A DNA stretch of 64,000 bases from an uncultured Actinomycetes bacterium (GTDB lineage Bacteria; Actinomycetota; Acidimicrobiia; IMCC26256; DASPTH01): the NCBI GenBank assembly GCA_963721435.1, contig CAVRJC010000003.1:8183-72182 (forward strand). Reading direction: 5' to 3'. The translations under genes and the position numbers were made by a program. A model generated the notes under the pieces. That model had not been told where the DNA came from. It searched no databases and was given only the letters and a program-made list of their open reading frames with translations. This document shows positions 43,770-54,509 of this stretch, in pieces. How positions within the stretch are numbered: the stretch's first letter is position 1; the number at the start of each line of letters is the position of its first letter.

Positions 43770-44522
43770 TCAACCTGCTTGTCGGGCGACGGCATCGGCC
43801 GCCGCGTGCGCTGCGTCGCGGTCAAGGTAGCGGTCCCAGATCGACCGTTGCTCCATCGGGGCCATGTGCTCGTCGAGCTCGTAGACGAGCGGGTTGCCGG
43901 TCGGGATGTTGAGCTCCGCGATGTCGTCGTCGGAGATGCCGTCGAGGTGCTTCACGAGCGCGCGGAGCGAGTTGCCGTGCGCGGCGATCAGCACGACCCT
44001 CCCGTCGCGCAGGTCGGGCACGATGTCGTCGACCCAGTACGGCATCATGCGCTCCACGACGTCGGCGAGGCACTCCGACGCGGGCAGCGCGTCGTCGGGC
44101 AGGTCGGCGTAGCGCGGGTCGGCGCGTTGTGCGGCGAGCCCGGCCGCGTCGAGCGGCTCCGGCGGCACGTCGTACGACCGGCGCCAGATCTTCACCTGGT
44201 CGACGCCGTACTTCTCCGCGGTCTCCTTCTTGTCGAGGCCCTGCAACGCGCCGTAGTGGCGCTCGTTGAGGCGCCACGAGCGCCGAACCGGGATCCACGA
44301 CCGGTCCAGCTCGCGCAATGCGATCTCGGCCGTGCGGATCGCACGCTTCTGCAGCGAGGTGTGCAGCACGTCGGGTGCGATTCCCGCCGCGAGCATGAGC
44401 TCGCCGCCGTGCGCGGCCTCACGCTCACCGCGCTCGCTCAGGTCGACGTCGACCCAGCCGGTGAACCGGTTGGCCAGGTTCCATTCGCTCTCGCCGTGGC
44501 GGAGCAGGATCAGTTGGGGCAC
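43770..44522 (-). CDS. gpmA: 2,3-bisphosphoglycerate-dependent phosphoglycerate mutase
   Basis: [33 protein letters not shown]. Confidence 0.96.
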   Translation of the reverse strand: MPQLILLRHGESEWNLANRFTGWVDVDLSERGEREAAHGGELMLAAGIAPDVLHTSLQKRAIRTAEIALRELDRSWIPVRRSWRLNERHYGALQGLDKKETAEKYGVDQVKIWRRSYDVPPEPLDAAGLAAQRADPRYADLPDDALPASECLADVVERMMPYWVDDIVPDLRDGRVVLIAAHGNSLRALVKHLDGISDDDIAELNIPTGNPLVYELDEHMAPMEQRSIWDRYLDRDAAHAAADAVARQAG

Positions 44523-44530
44523 CGGAGGAG

Positions 44531-45745
44531 CTACTTGGTGATGCCGAAGCGCTCCAGGCCGAACGCCTTGATCGCGTTCCCGCGCAGGAACAGGTACCGC
44601 TCGCGGTCGTCGAGGCCGGCCTTGTCGCAGATGAGCTGCACCGTCTCCTTGGAGTGCGGGAACGTGCTGTCGGCGTGCGGGTAGTCGACCTCGTAGGTGA
44701 TCTGCTCCATCCCGATCGCCGAGCGGTTGGCGAGGCCGGTCTCGTCGTCGAAGATGCAGCCGTAGATGCGCCCGGCCATGTAGCTGCTCGGCGGGTGGGG
44801 GAGCGAGGTGCCGAAGCTGTCGCTGCTGATGCGCTCGGCCCACAGCTTGTCGGCGCGTTCGAGCACGTACGGCATCCACCCGACCTGGCCCTCGGAGTAC
44901 GCGAGCTTCATCGTCGGGAACCGCTCGAGCGTGCCCGAGAAGATGTAATCACACAGCGACCCCTGCGCGTTCTGGAACGTGAGCGTGGAGCTGACGATGA
45001 ACGGGGAGTCGGGCGACGTGCTCGGCATCTTCGACGACGACCCGATGTGCATGCACAGAGTGGTCTCGGTCTCCTCCACCGCGGCGAAGAACGGGTCCCA
45101 GTGGTGGTCCTTGTCGTGGATCGACGGCAGGCCGAGCGGGTACGGGTTCTCCGGGAACGTCACCGCGAAGCTGCCCTTCGCCGCGGTGCGCCGGATCTCC
45201 GCCGCCGCCAGCGCGGGGTCCCAGAGCGGCACGATGGTCAGCGGGATGAGGCGGCCGTGCGCTTCGCCCGCGCACCACTCGTCGATCATCCAGTCGTTGT
45301 AGGCCTGGACGCAGAGGAGCGCGAGGTCCTTGTCGGCCCGCTCGTAGAACGCCTGGCCCGCGAACCGCGGCAGCACGTTGGGGAAGCAGATCGACGCGTC
45401 GGTCCAGTTGTCGGTCATGTCCTGGAGACGCTCGGGGCGCTTCCAGCAGCCGGGCCGGATCTCGTCGAAGGTGACCGGGGTGTTGTCGAGGTCGGGGAAC
45501 CCGATGGCCGCCGAGAGGCGCGGGAACGGGTAGACGAGGTCGTCGTAGATCCAGAAGTCGCACCAGTCGCCGTCGGGCGCGCCCTTGTTGTACGAGAACA
45601 CCCCTCCGGACATCCCGAACTTCGCTCGGTCACGTTCGACGTGCGGAGCCTTGTCGAGGTACTTCGCAGGCAGCCGCGAGGTCCAGAGATCAGGGGGCTC
45701 CACCACGTGATCGTCGGTGGAGATGATGCGGGGAAGCTCGCTCAT
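44531..45745 (-). CDS. Amidohydrolase family protein
   Basis: [31 protein letters not shown]. Confidence 0.9.
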   Translation of the reverse strand: MSELPRIISTDDHVVEPPDLWTSRLPAKYLDKAPHVERDRAKFGMSGGVFSYNKGAPDGDWCDFWIYDDLVYPFPRLSAAIGFPDLDNTPVTFDEIRPGCWKRPERLQDMTDNWTDASICFPNVLPRFAGQAFYERADKDLALLCVQAYNDWMIDEWCAGEAHGRLIPLTIVPLWDPALAAAEIRRTAAKGSFAVTFPENPYPLGLPSIHDKDHHWDPFFAAVEETETTLCMHIGSSSKMPSTSPDSPFIVSSTLTFQNAQGSLCDYIFSGTLERFPTMKLAYSEGQVGWMPYVLERADKLWAERISSDSFGTSLPHPPSSYMAGRIYGCIFDDETGLANRSAIGMEQITYEVDYPHADSTFPHSKETVQLICDKAGLDDRERYLFLRGNAIKAFGLERFGITK

Positions 45746-45805
45746 TGGTCAGTCCCCTTCGACTGCTGGCGTGTGCGTTCCTGCATTTCAGCACGTCCGG
45801 AGGGG

Positions 45806-45840
45806 GGACGGTGGGGTCGGCAGCACCGACCCCACCGTCC
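45806..45840. terminator. Perfect 15-bp intergenic hairpin (terminator or mRNA-stabilising element)
   Basis: GGACGGTGGGGTCGG-CAGCA-CCGACCCCACCGTCC just after the stop of the solute-binding-protein gene; no U-tract. Confidence 0.6.
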
Positions 45841-45853
45841 GGGGGGAACGCGG

Positions 45854-47563
45854 CTACTTCGCAGCAGTCGCGCCCGAGCTCGGGCAACCGGTGCACGGGT
45901 ACGTGGGCAGGTTGTCCGGGGCGGGGAGTGTTGCCTGGCCCGCAGTGGGAGTCGTCGACGTCGTCTCCTCGTAGATCGACACGCTCTTGTCGAAGAACTT
46001 CGGCTCGCCCTTCTCCCAGGTGCCGGAGGCGAAGCGCAGCGCGTTGTTCAGGTACGCGTACCGGCCCGTGCCGCTGACGGCGGCGATGTTGGACACCCCT
46101 ACGTTGGTCGGGTCGTACCAGTAGAGGTAGTAGTCGTAGCCGAGCCCGGCGCGCTCGTCGTACGGAAGACCGGCGGCCGGACCGTACGCGGTCATGTAGT
46201 TCTGGGTGTTGCCCGTCGCCGCGCCACCGGTGGCCGCCATCGAGAACAACCCTTGCTGGAACGTCTGCGGCGTGAGCTTCGGTCCCGCGAGCGACATGCC
46301 CGTGAACAACAGATTGAAGAAGCCGGTGCCGCCCGATTGGTAGGTGCCCTTGTTCGTGCCCCAATACCAGTTGAAGAGAGCGGTGTTCTGGTTCAGCGCC
46401 GACCCGACGATCGGCGGGAACAGCTGCCCGATGCCGAACGCGTGCGCCCACTGCGACTGGTCGATCCCACGGGCCGTGACGCTGACGTCGATACCGAGAG
46501 TTCCCGGCAGCACCCACTCGGGTGAGAAGTTCTGCGACGTCGCGGCCGCGGCCATGGGGGTCGCGACATTGGTCGACCCGAACAGCACCACGCTCGTGAT
46601 GCCGTCGCTCTTCATCTTCGGGATCAGCGTTGCTGCTTGCGTCTGCAGCGACGTGGTGATCTGCGCGGTGTCGAGCGGAACGTTGTACGGGTACGTGACG
46701 TAGCTGCTCTTCGGCAACTGCTTCGTGAACAGGTCGATCGTGACACCAGTGTCGGGGTACACGACTGCGAACTTGCGCGTCTTGGTCTTCAGCGACGCAT
46801 CACCGGCGAACTGCGCGGGCTTGCCGAGGAGTGACTTCTTGACGAACTCGCCACCGTTGAAGGGGGTGCCGTCTGCGTCGACCGATGCCCAACGGTACGG
46901 GGCCTGCTTGTTCCAGTCGTCGGGCGTACCCGTGTTCGAGTTCACGATGGTCTTGCTCTGGGCCACGGCGGCCGCGAACACAGGTTGGCCGATCGCGTCG
47001 ACGACGAAGAACGGCTTCTTCGAGGTCACCGTCAGGGCATCAGCGCGTTGCGAGGTCTCGTCGGTACCCGAAGGGGTCACGATCTCCATGTCGACCGTGC
47101 GGCCGTACGTCTCGTACGCGGTGTTGTTGTAGACCGCGAGCCAGTCCTTGAGCGACTGCGAGAAGTCACCCGGGCCGCCCGTCTCCCGGTTGATCGCCCG
47201 GCCCGACGCAGGACCGGCCTGGTTCTGGGCGTCGGTCGGCGCGTACACGACGACCTTGACCGAGTCCTTGGTGACGCCGACTGCCGTGGCGCCCCCGTTG
47301 TTCTTGCCATCCGGCCACGGAGTGACGCACGGCGGGCGGGTCAGGAACACGATCTTGATTCGCTGCGCGGTCGCATCGCAGTTCGGCCCGGCAAGCGCGG
47401 CCTTGCTGTTGATGCCGACGCCCGGAACCTCCGGTCCAGGGTTCCCGATCTTCACGGCCTTCGCGGCCCCCGCGCTCGCCGGGACGAGCAGGGAGGCGGC
47501 GAGCGCGCACGCGACCGCGACCACCAGGCCAATGGAACGACGTTTCGGCGCGCTGCTTCCCAC
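45854..47563 (-). CDS. Large secreted periplasmic-binding-protein-like (type I, branched-chain amino acid family-like) protein
   Basis: Signal peptide; YETYGRTVD, LAGPKLTPQTFQQGLF; start uncertain (47563 or 47593). Confidence 0.65.
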   Translation of the reverse strand: MGSSAPKRRSIGLVVAVACALAASLLVPASAGAAKAVKIGNPGPEVPGVGINSKAALAGPNCDATAQRIKIVFLTRPPCVTPWPDGKNNGGATAVGVTKDSVKVVVYAPTDAQNQAGPASGRAINRETGGPGDFSQSLKDWLAVYNNTAYETYGRTVDMEIVTPSGTDETSQRADALTVTSKKPFFVVDAIGQPVFAAAVAQSKTIVNSNTGTPDDWNKQAPYRWASVDADGTPFNGGEFVKKSLLGKPAQFAGDASLKTKTRKFAVVYPDTGVTIDLFTKQLPKSSYVTYPYNVPLDTAQITTSLQTQAATLIPKMKSDGITSVVLFGSTNVATPMAAAATSQNFSPEWVLPGTLGIDVSVTARGIDQSQWAHAFGIGQLFPPIVGSALNQNTALFNWYWGTNKGTYQSGGTGFFNLLFTGMSLAGPKLTPQTFQQGLFSMAATGGAATGNTQNYMTAYGPAAGLPYDERAGLGYDYYLYWYDPTNVGVSNIAAVSGTGRYAYLNNALRFASGTWEKGEPKFFDKSVSIYEETTSTTPTAGQATLPAPDNLPTYPCTGCPSSGATAAK

Positions 47564-47584
47564 GCGGAACCCCCCCAGATCTGC

Positions 47585-47601
47585 GTGCCACATAGTGGTA
47601 C
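47585..47601. promoter_or_regulatory. Candidate IclR operator
   Basis: GTGCCAC-ATA-GTGGTAC near-palindrome overlapping -10 TACGCT (47599-47604) in the divergent promoter region. Confidence 0.4.
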
Positions 47602-47691
47602 GCTGTGCCAGATGTGTGCGGCGGGACTGTACGCCGCACGGGCCAGTTTGGAAAGTCGACCGGCACGGTCCGGCGGAAAGACGAGGCCGGG

Positions 47692-48468
47692 ATGGCACAG
47701 GTGATGCAGAGCTCGTTGCTCACCCTCGCGGTGCTCGAGCACGTGTCCGTGCATCAGCCGGTGCGCGTCGCCGAGGTCGCGGAGGCGCTGGGGAAGCCCA
47801 AGAGCACCGTGCAGCGTGCGCTGGTCACGCTCCGGGAAGCAGGCTGGATCCGGCCCGACGGCTCGGAGTGGACCCGATGGGTGCTCACACCTCGGGTGCT
47901 CGAGGTGTCGCGCGGCGCCGCCAACGAGCACGGCCTGCACGACGCGGCGTATCCCGTCCTCGACGAGGTCCGGCGCGAGTCACGTGAGTCGGGGATCCTC
48001 GCGGTCCGCGACGGCGCCGACTGGGTCGTCGTCGACTTCCTGGAGGGACTGCGCTCGGTCCAGGTCCGCGTCGAGATCGGCCGGCGCTTCCCGCTGCACG
48101 CCGGTGCGTCGGGCAAGGCGATCCTGGCGTTCCTGCCGCCGGCCGAGATCGACGAGCTGCTGGCCACCGAGCTCCGCGCCTTCACCGACCGCACGATCAC
48201 GTCGCCCGTCGTGTTGCGGGAGGAGCTCGAACGCATCCGCGCCGCGGGCCACGCCTACTCCGAGTGCGAGGTCTCGGCGGGCATCCACAGCCTTGCGGCA
48301 CCCGTGTTCGATCGGAGCGGCGCGGTCATCGCCAGCCTGTCGCTGACGATCCCCGAGTCCCGGCTCGATGGTCACACGCCCGAGCTGGCGGCGCGCCTCG
48401 TCGGCGCGGCGGCGTCGATCACGTCGCAGCTGCGACCGCGCCACGCCGTCGGGACGCCGGCCCGCTGA
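47692..48468 (+). CDS. IclR family transcriptional regulator
   Basis: HTH (PKSTVQRALVTL), PLHAGASGKAILA, LAAPVF. Confidence 0.93.
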   Translation: MAQVMQSSLLTLAVLEHVSVHQPVRVAEVAEALGKPKSTVQRALVTLREAGWIRPDGSEWTRWVLTPRVLEVSRGAANEHGLHDAAYPVLDEVRRESRESGILAVRDGADWVVVDFLEGLRSVQVRVEIGRRFPLHAGASGKAILAFLPPAEIDELLATELRAFTDRTITSPVVLREELERIRAAGHAYSECEVSAGIHSLAAPVFDRSGAVIASLSLTIPESRLDGHTPELAARLVGAAASITSQLRPRHAVGTPAR

Positions 48469-48517
48469 TCCGTCTAGTCTCGGGACGATCTGACGGCCCA
48501 TCCCGGGGGGATACACA

Positions 48518-49657
48518 GTGGAATTCGGCGTCTTCATCCAGAGCTACGACCCGGCCTTCCGGCGGGGCAACGACCCCGACGAGGCAGAGCACCAGGTGCT
48601 CATGCACGACATGGCGGTCGCCAAGGCTGCCGACAAGGCCGGCTTCAAGTACGTCTGGGTCACCGAGCACCACTTCCTCGACGAGTACTCGCACATGTCG
48701 GCCAACGACGTCGTCTGCGGGTACCTCGCCAACGCCACCGAGCGCATCCACATCGGGTCGGGCATCTACAACCCGCTGCCCCAGGTGAACCACCCGGCCA
48801 AGGTCGCCGAGCGAGTCGCGATGCTCGACCACCTGTCCGACGGCCGATTCGAGTTCGGCACCGGCCGTGGCGCCGGCAGCCACGAGATCCTCGGGTTCCT
48901 GCCCGGCATCGAGAGCACCACGGTGACGCGCGAGATCTGGGAAGACGTCATCGAAGAGTTCCCGAAGATGTGGATGCAGGACACCTACGAGGGCTACGAG
49001 GGCAAGTACTGGTCGCTCCCGCCGCGCAAGATCCTGCCGAAGCCGTACCACAAGCCGCACCCGCCGATGTGGTACGCCGCCGGCAACCACTCGAGCTGGG
49101 AGATGTGCGCGCGCCGGGGGCTCGGCGTGCTCGGCTTCTCCGTGGGGACGATCGCCGAGCTCGAGCCCGTGCTCGCGGTCTACAAGCGCGCCGTTGCCGA
49201 CGCGGAGCCAATCGGCGCGTACGTGAACAACAACGTGATGATCACCGCCGCCGCCTACGTCGCGGAAGACGAGGCCAAGGCACGGAAGTCGTACGTCGAC
49301 GCGCGGCCGAACTACCTCGTGAGCAACGTGTTCCGGTACCACGACACGTTCCCGCACCCGGAGACCATCCCCTACTGGCCCGAGACCCTTCCCGAGGCGA
49401 CCGACGCCGACGTCGACTACCTGACCGAGGCGGGCACGGTCATCATCGGTGACCCCGCCCAGGCGCTCCAGCAGTGCCAGCGGTGGGCTGACGCCGGGAC
49501 CGACCAGCTCGTGTTCGGTGTCGGGCCCGCGCCGCTCGAGGACACGCTCGAGATGATCCGCCTCATGGGCGAGCACGTGATCCCGAAGATCGACACCGAC
49601 CCGGTGCACAGCACCACCCGCTACCGCGATGCTGCTGCCGCAAAGATGAAGAAGTAG
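48518..49657 (+). CDS. LLM-class flavin-dependent oxidoreductase
   Basis: WVTEHHF, HPAKVAERVAMLD, GTGRG. Confidence 0.9.
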   Translation: MEFGVFIQSYDPAFRRGNDPDEAEHQVLMHDMAVAKAADKAGFKYVWVTEHHFLDEYSHMSANDVVCGYLANATERIHIGSGIYNPLPQVNHPAKVAERVAMLDHLSDGRFEFGTGRGAGSHEILGFLPGIESTTVTREIWEDVIEEFPKMWMQDTYEGYEGKYWSLPPRKILPKPYHKPHPPMWYAAGNHSSWEMCARRGLGVLGFSVGTIAELEPVLAVYKRAVADAEPIGAYVNNNVMITAAAYVAEDEAKARKSYVDARPNYLVSNVFRYHDTFPHPETIPYWPETLPEATDADVDYLTEAGTVIIGDPAQALQQCQRWADAGTDQLVFGVGPAPLEDTLEMIRLMGEHVIPKIDTDPVHSTTRYRDAAAAKMKK

Positions 49658-49666
49658 GAGGCCGAG

Positions 49667-50611
49667 ATGGCCGCTCCACTCTCCGGCGAGAAGATCCTGA
49701 TCACGGGCGCGACCGGTCAGGTCGCGAAGCCGCTCGCGAAGTCGCTGGCGGCCGGCAACGAGGTGTGGGCGCTGGCGCGCTTCGGCAACGCCGACGTCCG
49801 CAAGGAGCTCGAGGACGCCGGCGTGAAGACGGCGGTCGTCGACCTCGCGCAGGGTGACTTCTCCGCCGCGCCCGACGACGTCACCATCGGCCTGCACTTC
49901 GCACGTGCGAGCGCGGCGGAGTGGGGCGCCGACCTCGACACCAACGTCGGTGGCCTCGCGTTCTTCATGGAGAAGTGCCAGAACGCCAAGGCGTTCCTGC
50001 ACTGCTCGTCGACCGCGGTGTACCAGCCGAACGGCGACCACCCGCGGTTCAAGGAGACCGACCCGCTCGGCGACAACCACCGCCCGATGCAGGCGTTCGT
50101 CCCCGACATGCAGACCTACAGCATCACGAAGATCGGCGCGGAAGGTGTCGCCCGCTGGGGTGCACGGCGGTTCGACCTGCCCACGACGATTGCCCGGCTG
50201 AACGTGCCGTACGGTGACAAGGAATTCAGCTGGCCCGGGTCACACCTCGACGCGATGGTCGCGGGGCAGCCGGTGGCGGTGCACACCGACGGCCACACCG
50301 AGTACAACCCGATCCACGACGACGACATCCTCGGGATGCTCCCGGGCATGCTGGCGATCGCGTCGGTGCCGGTCACCACGGTGAACTGGGGTGGTCACGA
50401 CCCCGTGAGCATCGAGGAGTGGTGCGCCTACTTCGGCGAGCTCACCGGCATCGAGCCGCAGTTCTTCCCGACTGACATGACGCTGCAGAGCGTCAGCGTC
50501 GACGTCACGAAGATGGAAGAGCTGGTCGGGAAGCCGACGATCGGTTGGAAGGACGGCTGGCGCCGCATCGTCGCCGCGCACTACCCCGATCTGCTGAAGT
50601 CCGACGCCTGA
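49667..50611 (+). CDS. NAD-dependent epimerase/dehydratase family
   Basis: ITGATGQV, SSTAVY, YSITK. Confidence 0.85.
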   Translation: MAAPLSGEKILITGATGQVAKPLAKSLAAGNEVWALARFGNADVRKELEDAGVKTAVVDLAQGDFSAAPDDVTIGLHFARASAAEWGADLDTNVGGLAFFMEKCQNAKAFLHCSSTAVYQPNGDHPRFKETDPLGDNHRPMQAFVPDMQTYSITKIGAEGVARWGARRFDLPTTIARLNVPYGDKEFSWPGSHLDAMVAGQPVAVHTDGHTEYNPIHDDDILGMLPGMLAIASVPVTTVNWGGHDPVSIEEWCAYFGELTGIEPQFFPTDMTLQSVSVDVTKMEELVGKPTIGWKDGWRRIVAAHYPDLLKSDA

Positions 50612-50625
50612 GTCAGACGCCCGAA

Positions 50626-51345
50626 TCAGACCCGCAGCTTCAACGGGTCCTCGCCGTCGGGCGACGTACCCGCCAACGCGTTGGCCACGAGTGGCGGCAT
50701 CGGCGCGTAACCCAGCGCGCCGAACACGAAGTTGGTCGTGAGTGGCTGCCAGAGCCGGTAGCGCCACAACATCGCGTGCCGTTCCCGTTCCACCTCGACG
50801 CGGCAGACGCGCTCGGTGACCTCGCGTGCCCGGCGCGCGTACTCGAGCGAGCCGCGTGGGCTCGTCGTGCTGTCGAGGGTGCCGTGGGCGATCATGATCG
50901 TGCGATCCGCGAGCTGGTCGACCGGCTCATCGCCGGGAAGCCACGGCGCGAGCGCGGCAACCGCGCGCACCGACGGGTCACCGGCGACGCGCAACGCGGT
51001 GCGCCCGCCGAGCGAGTGCCCGACCAGCACGACCGGCACGTCGCCATGGCGCGCGCGCACCTGGTCGAGTGCCCACCGCGCGTCGGGCAGCGTCGACATC
51101 TCGTCGCCGTTCCATCCGCGCATGCGGTAGCGCAGGATCCAGACCGCGAGCCCGTGATCCCGGCGCTCGGCTTCGATGTTGCGCGCGAACGGGCGCATCC
51201 GCCGCACGGTCAGCTGGTTCGCCGTGGTCGGTGCGTGGCTCTTGTCGCGGCCGCCGTGCAGCAGGAGCGCGACCGCGTCGACCGGTGAAGCGGGCGGCGT
51301 CCCCGTCTCCAGCGCGGGTATCGGGTCGGCGTCCGCCGCGTCCAA
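50626..51345 (-). CDS. Alpha/beta hydrolase
   Basis: LLHGG, GHSLGG, HGTLD, H in ERHAML. Confidence 0.85.
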   Translation of the reverse strand: MDAADADPIPALETGTPPASPVDAVALLLHGGRDKSHAPTTANQLTVRRMRPFARNIEAERRDHGLAVWILRYRMRGWNGDEMSTLPDARWALDQVRARHGDVPVVLVGHSLGGRTALRVAGDPSVRAVAALAPWLPGDEPVDQLADRTIMIAHGTLDSTTSPRGSLEYARRAREVTERVCRVEVERERHAMLWRYRLWQPLTTNFVFGALGYAPMPPLVANALAGTSPDGEDPLKLRV

Positions 51346-52296
51346 TTATGCGAGCCGCGAGTCGAGGTAGTGGAGCGTCTTGTCGCGCGCGACCTCGGCC
51401 ATGCGCATCGGGAACGCGTCGAAACCGTGCGGTGCGTCGGGGTAGACGTCGAGCTCGCATTCGTTGCCGGCCGCGGCCCACCGTGCTGCCATGGCCATCG
51501 TGTCCTCGAACAGGCCGTCACGGGTGCCCACGCTGAACAGCGCCGACGGCATGTCGTGCAGGTCGGCGTACAGCGGCGAGATGTCCGGATTGGTGCGCTG
51601 CTCCTGCGGCACGTGTCCCATGTACTGCGGGCGGAATTTGTCCGACGCAGCCGCGTGGATCTTCCCGCTCGGTGAGTAGTTGCTGAGGTCGTACGGTCCG
51701 TACAGCAGGTTGGCGCCGAGGAAGCGGTTGACGGCGTCGTGCTTGTCGCGCACGCGCAGCAGCGTCGCGACGGCGAGGTTGGCGCCCGCCGACGCGCCGC
51801 CGATCAGGAGGCGATCGGCGCCGAACTCGTCGCCCGCGTGGTCGAGGAGCCAGTGCGCGGCCGTCTCGCAGTCGTCGGGCCCAGCGGGCCACGGGTGCTC
51901 CGGCGCCAGTCGGTACTCGACGCTCACCACTGCCACGTGCAGGGTTTCGGCGCAGCGGGCGTTCCGGATGTCGCCCATGCTCGCGCGGCCGAGGTAGAAG
52001 CCGCCGCCGTGGATGTCGAGGTAGACGCCGCGTGCGTCGCCTTCGGGCACGAAGATGCGGACCGGTACCTCGGCGTCGCCCGCGTGCACGACGCGATCTT
52101 CGGGCGTGATGCCGAGATCGGCGGCGTCACCCGTCACGAAGCCCGCTCCGGACACGTCGCGTGCGGCGGCGAGGCCTTCGGGTGTCGAGAAGTCGGGAGG
52201 TGGGCGGTTGCCGATCAGCTCGTCGAACGCATCGGCGAACTTCGCGGCTTCCTCGCGGTACTCGTCGAGCGCGGCATCGTGCAGGTCGAAGAGCAT
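51346..52296 (-). CDS. HSL-family esterase/lipase
   Basis: HGGGF, GASAGA, D..., HGF. Confidence 0.9.
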   Translation of the reverse strand: MLFDLHDAALDEYREEAAKFADAFDELIGNRPPPDFSTPEGLAAARDVSGAGFVTGDAADLGITPEDRVVHAGDAEVPVRIFVPEGDARGVYLDIHGGGFYLGRASMGDIRNARCAETLHVAVVSVEYRLAPEHPWPAGPDDCETAAHWLLDHAGDEFGADRLLIGGASAGANLAVATLLRVRDKHDAVNRFLGANLLYGPYDLSNYSPSGKIHAAASDKFRPQYMGHVPQEQRTNPDISPLYADLHDMPSALFSVGTRDGLFEDTMAMAARWAAAGNECELDVYPDAPHGFDAFPMRMAEVARDKTLHYLDSRLA

Positions 52297-52319
52297 GGTT
52301 GCCCCCAGTCGGAGATGAC

Positions 52320-52883
52320 TCAGGTGCCGGCGTTGGCAGCGCGGGTGTTCGCGTCGGCGAACGTCTGCATCACGAAGTCGAGGTCGTACGGCTGCTCGAC
52401 CGGCTCGCCCGGGCCCCACTGGCTGCGCGGCTCGCGCACGAAGTCGCCGCCGTACACGTGGATCGCGCCGGTCAGGCGGTCGAGCGGGTTGTGCACGGAG
52501 TGGATGGCGTCGTCACCGAGCACGACCACCTGCCCGGGGTCGAGGGTGCGGTCGTTGGTCTCGACGACGCGCGTGCGATCGTCGGGGTCGCGCCGGAAGA
52601 ACTGGTTCTCCTCGCGCCCGGTGTAGATCGCGATCGCGGCCCACATCCGGTGGTCGTGGGGGAGCAGCGTCATACCCGGTGCCCACACGATGTTGATGAT
52701 CGTGAGATCCGGCGTGTTGTAGAGGAGCCCCAGCCCGCCTTCGCTGGGCGCGAGCGCGCGCGTCACATCGGGTGCGTTGTCGACGACGCGGGCGAGCACG
52801 TCGCGCGTCGCAAGGCGTGGCTCGGTCTCGGACGCGGCTGCGATGCAGTCCTTGATCAGCTCGTCGACGTCGAAGGTGGCCAC
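52320..52883 (-). CDS. Cysteine-dioxygenase-like cupin
   Basis: PHDH, IHSV, IHVYG. Confidence 0.7.
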   Translation of the reverse strand: MATFDVDELIKDCIAAASETEPRLATRDVLARVVDNAPDVTRALAPSEGGLGLLYNTPDLTIINIVWAPGMTLLPHDHRMWAAIAIYTGREENQFFRRDPDDRTRVVETNDRTLDPGQVVVLGDDAIHSVHNPLDRLTGAIHVYGGDFVREPRSQWGPGEPVEQPYDLDFVMQTFADANTRAANAGT

Positions 52884-52919
52884 GGGCGTCAGCGTACGAC
52901 TTTCGCGTACGATCCCGCG

Positions 52920-53324
52920 ATGACCGCACCTGATTCCGATTCGACGCGATGGGACGCCGGGATTGCCCGGTACCGCGAGGTCTACGGCGACGACTTCGTC
53001 GCCTTCGAGCGCGGCACCGTGCCGTTCTTCGACCTCATGATCGAGCAGCTGTTCGGGGAGGTGTGGACGCGTCCGGGTCTCTCGATCCCGGAGCGCCGCC
53101 TGCTCCTGATCGGCGCCATCGCCGCGCAAGGTCACTACGACATCCTCCAGATCCAGCTCACGCGCGCGCTTGCCGCCGGCGAGCTGACACCGGAACAGGT
53201 GCGTGAGGCGGTCATCCAGCTCGTGCCCTACGTCGGGTACCCGTCGAGCGGCGGGCTCCTCCAGGCATCCGAAGCCGCGATCACCGCGGTCACGAACGAA
53301 CAGGACCCGCGCGATGGCGAGTGA
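52920..53324 (+). CDS. Carboxymuconolactone decarboxylase family protein
   Basis: FGEVWTRPGL..ERRLL, YVGYP. Confidence 0.85.
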   Translation: MTAPDSDSTRWDAGIARYREVYGDDFVAFERGTVPFFDLMIEQLFGEVWTRPGLSIPERRLLLIGAIAAQGHYDILQIQLTRALAAGELTPEQVREAVIQLVPYVGYPSSGGLLQASEAAITAVTNEQDPRDGE

Positions 53325-54207
53325 CATCGCAACCAACACTCCGACTGGCCGGCTGTCGGTCGCGATGATCGGGCTCGGGCAGATGGGCGGTCACATGTGC
53401 GATCACGTGACCGCGGCCGGTCACGACGTGCGCGCCTTCGACCTGTCGGAAGCCGCGCTCGACGCGCGGGTGGCCGCGGGCGCCCGGCGCGCGACGTCGC
53501 CGGCCGACGCCGCCGCTGGTGCCGACATGATCGGGATCGTCGTGTTCGACGACGCACAGGTCCGCGCGGTCCTCGACGGGCCCGACGGCGTGCTCTCCGT
53601 GGTGAAGGCCGGCGCGGTCATCGCGGTGCACAGCACCGTGAAGGTCGAATCGATCCATGAATTCGCGGCGATGGCCACGGCCGCCGGCGCCCATCTGATC
53701 GACGCCGGGATCAGCGGGGGCGAGGTCGGCTCACAGGCCGGCACCCTCGTCACGATGGTCGGCGGCCCGGATGATGTCGTCGAGCGTGCGCGTCCGGTGC
53801 TCGAGACCTTCAGCAAGGACGTCGTCCACGCGGGGCCGCTCGGGAGCGGCATGGCGTTGAAGATCACCCGCAACCTGGTGGGCTACATCATCATGACGGC
53901 CGCGCACGAAGGGCTGGTACTGGCGCGTGCCGTCGGCCTCGAAGCCGCGACGCTCGAACACGTGCTGCATGGGACGAGCGCGGCGCTCGACGCGCAGCTC
54001 TACGCGCCGTTTGCGTTCGGCGGCCCTGAGCCGTTGTCGGCGGACGCGCCCGCCGAGCAGCGCAGCTTCATGACCCAGATCGCGCTCCTCGGCGAGAAGG
54101 ACCTCGACGACGCGCTCGAGCTGGCGGCCTCAGTCGGTGTGTCGCTCCCGATCGGCGAAGACGCGCGTCGCCGGTTCGACGCGGTCATGCGGTCCCCCCG
54201 GTCCTAG
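53314..54207 (+). CDS. 3-hydroxyisobutyrate/6-phosphogluconate dehydrogenase family NAD(P) oxidoreductase
   Basis: GLGQMG, DAGISGG, GSGMALK. Confidence 0.88.
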   Translation: MASDIATNTPTGRLSVAMIGLGQMGGHMCDHVTAAGHDVRAFDLSEAALDARVAAGARRATSPADAAAGADMIGIVVFDDAQVRAVLDGPDGVLSVVKAGAVIAVHSTVKVESIHEFAAMATAAGAHLIDAGISGGEVGSQAGTLVTMVGGPDDVVERARPVLETFSKDVVHAGPLGSGMALKITRNLVGYIIMTAAHEGLVLARAVGLEAATLEHVLHGTSAALDAQLYAPFAFGGPEPLSADAPAEQRSFMTQIALLGEKDLDDALELAASVGVSLPIGEDARRRFDAVMRSPRS

Positions 54208-54257
54208 GTTGCGGGGGACACCACCCACGATCGACCAACTGATGGAAAGGGCTTCCG

Positions 54258-54509
54258 ATGGCGGACGGCGACCGTGAGATCATCGAGCACATCGACCAAC
54301 TCGTCGCGGAGGAGCACGCGCTCGAATCCCGTCATCACGAGGGCAAGGCGCTGAGCGACGACGAGCAGCAGCGCCTGCATGCGTTGGAAGTGCACCTCGA
54401 TCAGCTCTGGGACCTCCTGCGCCAGCGCCGCGCCCGCCGCGATGCCGGCCTCGACCCCGACGATGCGTCCGAGCGCGGCCCCGACACGGTCGAGGGCTAT
54501 CGCCAGTGA
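54258..54509 (+). CDS. DUF2630 family protein
   Basis: LVAEEH, LDQLWDLLRQRRA, VEGYRQ. Confidence 0.85.
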   Translation: MADGDREIIEHIDQLVAEEHALESRHHEGKALSDDEQQRLHALEVHLDQLWDLLRQRRARRDAGLDPDDASERGPDTVEGYRQ

